Assembly (NCBI GenBank): GCA_041745715.1
Contig: JBGTIK010000072.1
Location: forward strand, 1 to 44,096
DNA length: 44,096 bases
From: Phormidesmis sp.
Lineage (GTDB): Bacteria > Cyanobacteriota > Cyanobacteriia > Phormidesmidales > Phormidesmidaceae
Direction of reading: 5' to 3'
Shown: one piece after another, positions 39,718-44,096 of the stretch
Position numbering within the stretch: position 1 is the stretch's first letter
How the letters are laid out: the number at the start of each line of letters is the position of its first letter
Notes under the pieces: model-generated
Database searches by the model: none
What the model was told of the DNA's origin: nothing
Seen by the model: the letters and a program-made list of their open reading frames with translations, nothing else
Translations under genes and position numbers: made by a program

Positions 39718-40278
39718 TTACTGGCCTGATAGCGCTGGCCACTGGCTGTCGGCCTTGGCGATAAAGCCTGGAACATCTTTTTGCCAGCGAGTCTGAACGC
39801 CTTTGTTGGCGTTGAGATAGAGCTTGCCATCGACCACGCTCCAAGAATTTGGATCCGTAGGTACTAAGGCATTTTTGGCAGCTACGGCCCAAGCGCAAAA
39901 CCCGCCATACTGGGGCGCATATTGTTCAGGATTGGCCATAAAGGTATCTCGATTTTCGGCGCTAGCAAACTGCCACTTCACCCCTTCCCAATCGTAGGTG
40001 TACTCATCACTGCCAGCGACATAGGCTTCTTCGGTGAAGTAGGCCACCGGATCGGCCCCGGCAATGGCCACATTGTCTTTAGCGTAAACTTTTGGACTAG
40101 CGGCTGTGGCGGCTGTCTCGGTTGCAGAAGTAGTTGTTTCAGTACCACTAGGGGCAGGTGCTGTGGCGGTTTTGCTGGAAGAGCAAGCAGTTAAGCCAAC
40201 CGCCAAACTCATGGTAGCGGCGAGTAAAGCCGTCAAAAGTGGACGGGACGGATAAATCGATCTTTGTTGAGTGTTCAT
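39718..40278 (-). CDS. YHS-domain lipoprotein
   Basis: Lipobox LTAC, Thr/Ala linker, GADPVAYF, WQFASAENRDTF..NPEQYAPQYGGFCAWAV. Confidence 0.88.
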   Translation of the reverse strand: MNTQQRSIYPSRPLLTALLAATMSLAVGLTACSSSKTATAPAPSGTETTTSATETAATAASPKVYAKDNVAIAGADPVAYFTEEAYVAGSDEYTYDWEGVKWQFASAENRDTFMANPEQYAPQYGGFCAWAVAAKNALVPTDPNSWSVVDGKLYLNANKGVQTRWQKDVPGFIAKADSQWPALSGQ

Positions 40279-40433
40279 TTTAGCCTGAATGTTTATTTTG
40301 AGTTGGGTGTTTGTTTTGAGTGGACTGTTTGGGTAGCTTTGAAGATTCTGTAAATAGACTAAGCAAGCTATATGAAGAGGAGATGAGAGGGCTCTGTGAA
40401 GTCTATTAAATCGTCCAATTGATGACTTGATAA

Positions 40434-40465
40434 TTCATGTGACAACTCAAAAGTAGTCACATGAA
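40434..40465. promoter_or_regulatory. 10-bp inverted repeat (operator or hairpin candidate)
   Basis: ttcatgtgac-N12-gtcacatgaa in the divergent intergenic region. Confidence 0.5.
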
Positions 40466-40671
40466 CGTAACTTGCTGGGAATGAAAAATCGCTCAATGGA
40501 GTGAGATGGCCGGTTCAAATGGCTAAACCCATATATAGAGCTATTCACCTGCTATAGTCCTTTTGGTCTATAACAACATTGGTTGAAATCGTTTTCTAAA
40601 AGCGTTGCTTAGAGCGGCCTAGCTGGGTATTTATTAGCTGAGCTTTATCCGCTTCTTGACCTGCTTTTGAC

Positions 40672-40756
40672 GGGTGGCTGGCCTTACCAGTTGCTTCCTC
40701 ACACACCAAACACATACTGACTAGGGCTTTTGCCCATCAGGGCCTGATGATTTTGT
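40672..40756 (+). ncRNA. Yfr1-like two-hairpin element (candidate sRNA or 5' leader)
   Basis: Hairpin gggtggctgg/ccagttgctt, C/A-rich linker containing TCCTCACAC, second hairpin ctgactagggc/gcccatcag. Confidence 0.4.
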
Positions 40757-40784
40757 TCGCTGCACCTGCTTAACCGCCGAAGAT

Positions 40785-42647
40785 ATGAAATCTGTAATTC
40801 GCCGACTTACTACCCTCACTGCCCTAACCGCTACGGTACTGGGGGCGAGCGCGCTTGTTTCTACTCGTAGTGCGATCGCTCAAAACTATGGTCAACAGCC
40901 CATCTCTGCTGAGCGGGCGGTGGCCATAGCCGAGCCGGTGGCCAATGGCCGATTTTATCGTCTGCTGATTCTAGAGCAGCTTACTGACCAAAGAGCCTGT
41001 TTTGCTGAGCGCTCAGGCAGTCCCACTGTGGTTGAGCCGCTGCTTTTAAACTTTGACTTTTCGGGTATTTGTGGTCGCCGCTCCGATAGCAACGGTTACT
41101 CTATCAGCATTGGCAATGAAGACATGAGCCGCCGCTACCGGCTAGAAGTTACCCGTCGAGGTGATAACTTGGTGCTGGTCGCATTGCCCGGTTCTTTACC
41201 GGGCCAAAATACCGATCTGCCCGCCCTTGAAATCGCTCGCAGCAATGGCGTCGCCAATGACTTTGTAAAGCTCACCCTCGACCCAGGCTGGCAGATGAGC
41301 CGCCGCACGCTCAACGGCAGCGCTCAAGGGCATGTTTATCTGGCAAATAGTCAAAGCCTAGATACGGTGATTGCCCAAGCGGGGGGCGCTCGACCAACCC
41401 CGGCTGCGCCGACCCCGGCGACCCCGCCAGTGGCTTCTGCCCCGACGCCTTCTACCCCTACCCCTTCGGCCCCATCGATTCCTTCCGCTCCACCGATCCG
41501 AGGCGGCGGTACGCTGACGCCGCCAGGAGGCGGATCTTCTACGCCGACTCCTTTGCCCATAGGCGGTGGCGCTGACGGCACTTCCTATCAAGTGATTGTA
41601 CCTAGTTCTTCAACGCTGGTGCAGGCGCGGGTTCGCCAAGTCGCCTCTGATGCTTTTATGACGAATGTCGGCGGCAATCGGGTGATCCAGGCTGGGCTGT
41701 TTCAAGAGCGCGATCGCGCCAATCAGCTCGTTGTCCAGCTTTCGGGCCAAGGGATTAATTCGCAAATTATTGAGGGCGTGCGGGCAACAACACCGGGTTC
41801 ATTACCCAGTTCGTCACCCAGCTTGCCTACCGCTAGCCAGGGCGATTACCTGGTCGTGGTGCCAGATAGCGGCTCGGATACGCGCGATCGCGTCAATGCC
41901 GTCGAACCGGGTGCTTTTCGTACCCGATCAAACGGTCAGTCGGTTGTCCAAGCGGGTCGTTTTCGCGATCAGAACCTCGCGCAGCAGTTGCAGCAGCGTC
42001 TTACTGCCGCTGGGCTGTCGGCCCGCATTATTGAAGCGGCCTCCACGCCAGTCGCAAATGTGCCCAGACCTTCTACGCCTTTGCCCTCCGGGCCTCGGCC
42101 TCAGCAAGGGCAGCTAACGGTTGTGATAGATCCAGGTCACGGCGGCGGCGATCCGGGTGCCATCGGCATTGGCGGCCTGCGAGAAAAAGACATTAACTTG
42201 ACGGTTTCTCGTCGGGTGCAGGCGACTTTGGCGGCTCAGGGCATCAATGTTCTGATGACTCGATCTGATGATAGCGAGGTGGAGTTAGAGCCACGGGTTG
42301 TTTTTGCAGATCGCGCCGATGCTGATGTGTTTGTCAGTATTCACTCCAACTCTATTAGCCTTAGTCGCCCGGATGTCAGTGGGCTAGAAACTTACTATTA
42401 TTCTTCTGGTCAACGACTGGCACAGACGATTCACGATAATATTTTGCAGCGAACCAGTTTGCGTGATCGCGGCGTTCGCACCGCTCGTTTTTACGTTTTG
42501 GTTCGCACCTCTATGCCCGCTGTGCTGGTTGAAACCGGCTTTGTAACTGGTAGTGAAGACGCCGCCCGCTTTAGAGATCCGCAGGCGCTTGATGTTTTAG
42601 CTGATGCGATCGCGGCAGGTATTCTCCAATACCTCAACGTTCGCTAA
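40785..42647 (+). CDS. N-acetylmuramoyl-L-alanine amidase with N-terminal DUF3747 and two SPOR-like repeats
   Basis: Signal peptide; LILEQ...VEPLLLNFDFSGICGRRSDSNGYS (DUF3747); Pro-rich linker; two Y.V.VP...QAG.F repeats; DPGHGG, EK, SIHSN, LVETGF. Confidence 0.9.
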   Translation: MKSVIRRLTTLTALTATVLGASALVSTRSAIAQNYGQQPISAERAVAIAEPVANGRFYRLLILEQLTDQRACFAERSGSPTVVEPLLLNFDFSGICGRRSDSNGYSISIGNEDMSRRYRLEVTRRGDNLVLVALPGSLPGQNTDLPALEIARSNGVANDFVKLTLDPGWQMSRRTLNGSAQGHVYLANSQSLDTVIAQAGGARPTPAAPTPATPPVASAPTPSTPTPSAPSIPSAPPIRGGGTLTPPGGGSSTPTPLPIGGGADGTSYQVIVPSSSTLVQARVRQVASDAFMTNVGGNRVIQAGLFQERDRANQLVVQLSGQGINSQIIEGVRATTPGSLPSSSPSLPTASQGDYLVVVPDSGSDTRDRVNAVEPGAFRTRSNGQSVVQAGRFRDQNLAQQLQQRLTAAGLSARIIEAASTPVANVPRPSTPLPSGPRPQQGQLTVVIDPGHGGGDPGAIGIGGLREKDINLTVSRRVQATLAAQGINVLMTRSDDSEVELEPRVVFADRADADVFVSIHSNSISLSRPDVSGLETYYYSSGQRLAQTIHDNILQRTSLRDRGVRTARFYVLVRTSMPAVLVETGFVTGSEDAARFRDPQALDVLADAIAAGILQYLNVR

Positions 42648-42683
42648 CGGTTCGCTGTGTTCTGAGCAATCCGAACTTTGTAG

Positions 42684-42719
42684 CCAAAAACTCGTCCAAA
42701 AACTCATCCAAAAACTCGC
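42684..42719. repeat. 12-bp tandem repeat x3
   Basis: ccaaaaactcgt / ccaaaaactcat / ccaaaaactcgc. Confidence 0.85.
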
Positions 42720-42767
42720 TAAAGTAAAGGAACGTTAACTTTGACATTCCTTACAGGCCCATTTGCT

Positions 42768-43949
42768 ATGCGCGTACTTTTGATGACCGGAAAAGGTGGG
42801 GTTGGCAAAACCTCAGTGGCTGCTGCAACAGGTCTACGCTGCGCTGAATTGGGCTACAAAACCTTAGTGCTCAGCACCGATCCGGCACACTCTTTGGCTG
42901 ACAGCTTCGATATTGAACTCAGCCACGATCCCAAAGAAATCAAGGCTAACCTCTGGGGCGCAGAACTCGATGCGCTCAGAGAGCTAGAGGGCAACTGGGG
43001 CGCTGTCAAGCGCTACATTACTCAAGTGCTTCAAGCTAGGGGCTTAGAAGGTATCGAAGCCGAAGAGCTGGCTATCTTGCCCGGTATGGACGAAATTTTC
43101 AGCCTGGTGCGCATGAAGCGTCATTATGATGAAGCCGAGTACGATGTGCTGATTATTGATTCTGCGCCCACCGGGACAGCGCTCCGATTACTAAGCCTGC
43201 CGGAAGTCGCAGGCTGGTACATGCGCAAGCTATACAAGCCTTTTCAGGCTGTTTCTACAGCGTTGCGGCCATTGGTGGAGCCGTTTTTTCGGCCTGTAGC
43301 GGGCTTTTCGCTGCCGACCAAAGAGGTAATGGATGCGCCATATGAGTTTTATGAGCAGCTAGAGGCGCTCGAAAAAATCCTTTCTGATCCGACCATTACC
43401 TCTGTGCGGCTTGTGACCAATCCCGAAAAAATGGTGATTAAAGAGTCGCTCAGGGCTCACGCTTACTTGAGCTTGTACAACGTCAGTACCGATATGGTGG
43501 TGGCGAATCGGATTATTCCAGATACGGTAAGCGATCCGTTTTTTCAGCGCTGGAAAGATCAGCAAACTAAATACAGAAAGGAAATTCATGATAACTTTCA
43601 CCCACTGCCGGTGAAAGAAGTACCGCTTTATTCTGAAGAGATGTGCGGTATAGAAGCGCTTGAGCGCCTCAAGGAAACGCTATATGGCGACGAAGATCCG
43701 TCTCAGGTGTACTACAAGGAAACGACGCTCAGAGTGGTTCAAGAAGAGAATCATTACAGCTTAGAGGTGTATCTACCCGGCATTCCTAAAGACCAAGTAG
43801 AGCTGAGCAAAACGGCTGATGAACTCAATATTCGGATTGGGAATCACCGCCGTAATTTGGTGTTGCCTCAAGCCTTGGCCGCCCTAACCCCATCTGGTGC
43901 CACAATGGAAAATGACTATCTTAAAATCCGCTTTTCAGCCGCTTCGTAG
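42768..43949 (+). CDS. ArsA/GET3-family ATPase with C-terminal HSP20-like domain
   Basis: [33 protein letters not shown]-terminal beta-sandwich; no ars operon nearby. Confidence 0.92.
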   Translation: MRVLLMTGKGGVGKTSVAAATGLRCAELGYKTLVLSTDPAHSLADSFDIELSHDPKEIKANLWGAELDALRELEGNWGAVKRYITQVLQARGLEGIEAEELAILPGMDEIFSLVRMKRHYDEAEYDVLIIDSAPTGTALRLLSLPEVAGWYMRKLYKPFQAVSTALRPLVEPFFRPVAGFSLPTKEVMDAPYEFYEQLEALEKILSDPTITSVRLVTNPEKMVIKESLRAHAYLSLYNVSTDMVVANRIIPDTVSDPFFQRWKDQQTKYRKEIHDNFHPLPVKEVPLYSEEMCGIEALERLKETLYGDEDPSQVYYKETTLRVVQEENHYSLEVYLPGIPKDQVELSKTADELNIRIGNHRRNLVLPQALAALTPSGATMENDYLKIRFSAAS

Positions 43950-44096
43950 CGGCACCTTAAACCGACATTCCGCACTTCCAATTGGCACATTGGGTATTTA
44001 AACGAAGCAATAAGAATCACAGCCATTTTTTCTAGCATGGTTCTCAATAGTTAACCTTAATTGAGAATTTTTATGACTTAGTTCATTTGAACTGCT

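Larger units (their letters stand above)
1..44096. repeat. HIP1 octamer GCGATCGC dispersed through the window
   Basis: Roughly 40 copies by eye (approximate), e.g. near 2359, 8402, 17443, 21793, 30702 and 42606; typical cyanobacterial signature. Confidence 0.9.

Noticed and set aside
39718-40278. Selenoprotein form of the YHS protein
   Set aside because: The GGFCAW position is a Cys codon; there is no in-frame TGA.
42768-43949. Arsenic-resistance operon
   Set aside because: Single ATPase domain with an HSP20-like tail and no arsB, arsC or arsR in the window.
1-44096. CRISPR array, IS element or prophage
   Set aside because: The repeats are short tandem units without spacers; no cas, transposase, integrase or phage genes were seen.

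Overview
Chromosomal window from a cyanobacterium, probably a non-heterocystous Leptolyngbya/Nodosilinea-like lineage (inferred from dense HIP1 GCGATCGC sites, apcF, petG, cytM and NtcA boxes). The main accessory element is an ~11 kb olefin-synthase (OLS)-type hydrocarbon cluster: FAAL-ACP, then KS-AT-KR-ACP-sulfotransferase-thioesterase, a translationally coupled unknown protein (DUF6208-like) and a membrane desaturase. It lies directly upstream of accA-SDR-folE, where most cyanobacteria carry the alkane genes ado-aar. A decayed fragment resembling the AAR C-terminus (GEASVQHSFRPLL) survives between the desaturase and accA, which suggests the alkane pathway was replaced in situ by the alkene pathway. 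A second possible in-situ swap is a type III glutamine synthetase (glnN) with a canonical NtcA promoter at the apcF-divergent position usually held by glnA. Also present: tRNA-Glu, tRNA-Phe, a small DUF6888/DUF6887-like gene pair after trpF, a Yfr1-like two-hairpin element upstream of an amidase, many 9-17 bp tandem micro-duplications, and housekeeping genes. Family assignments come from recalled motifs; no searches were run.
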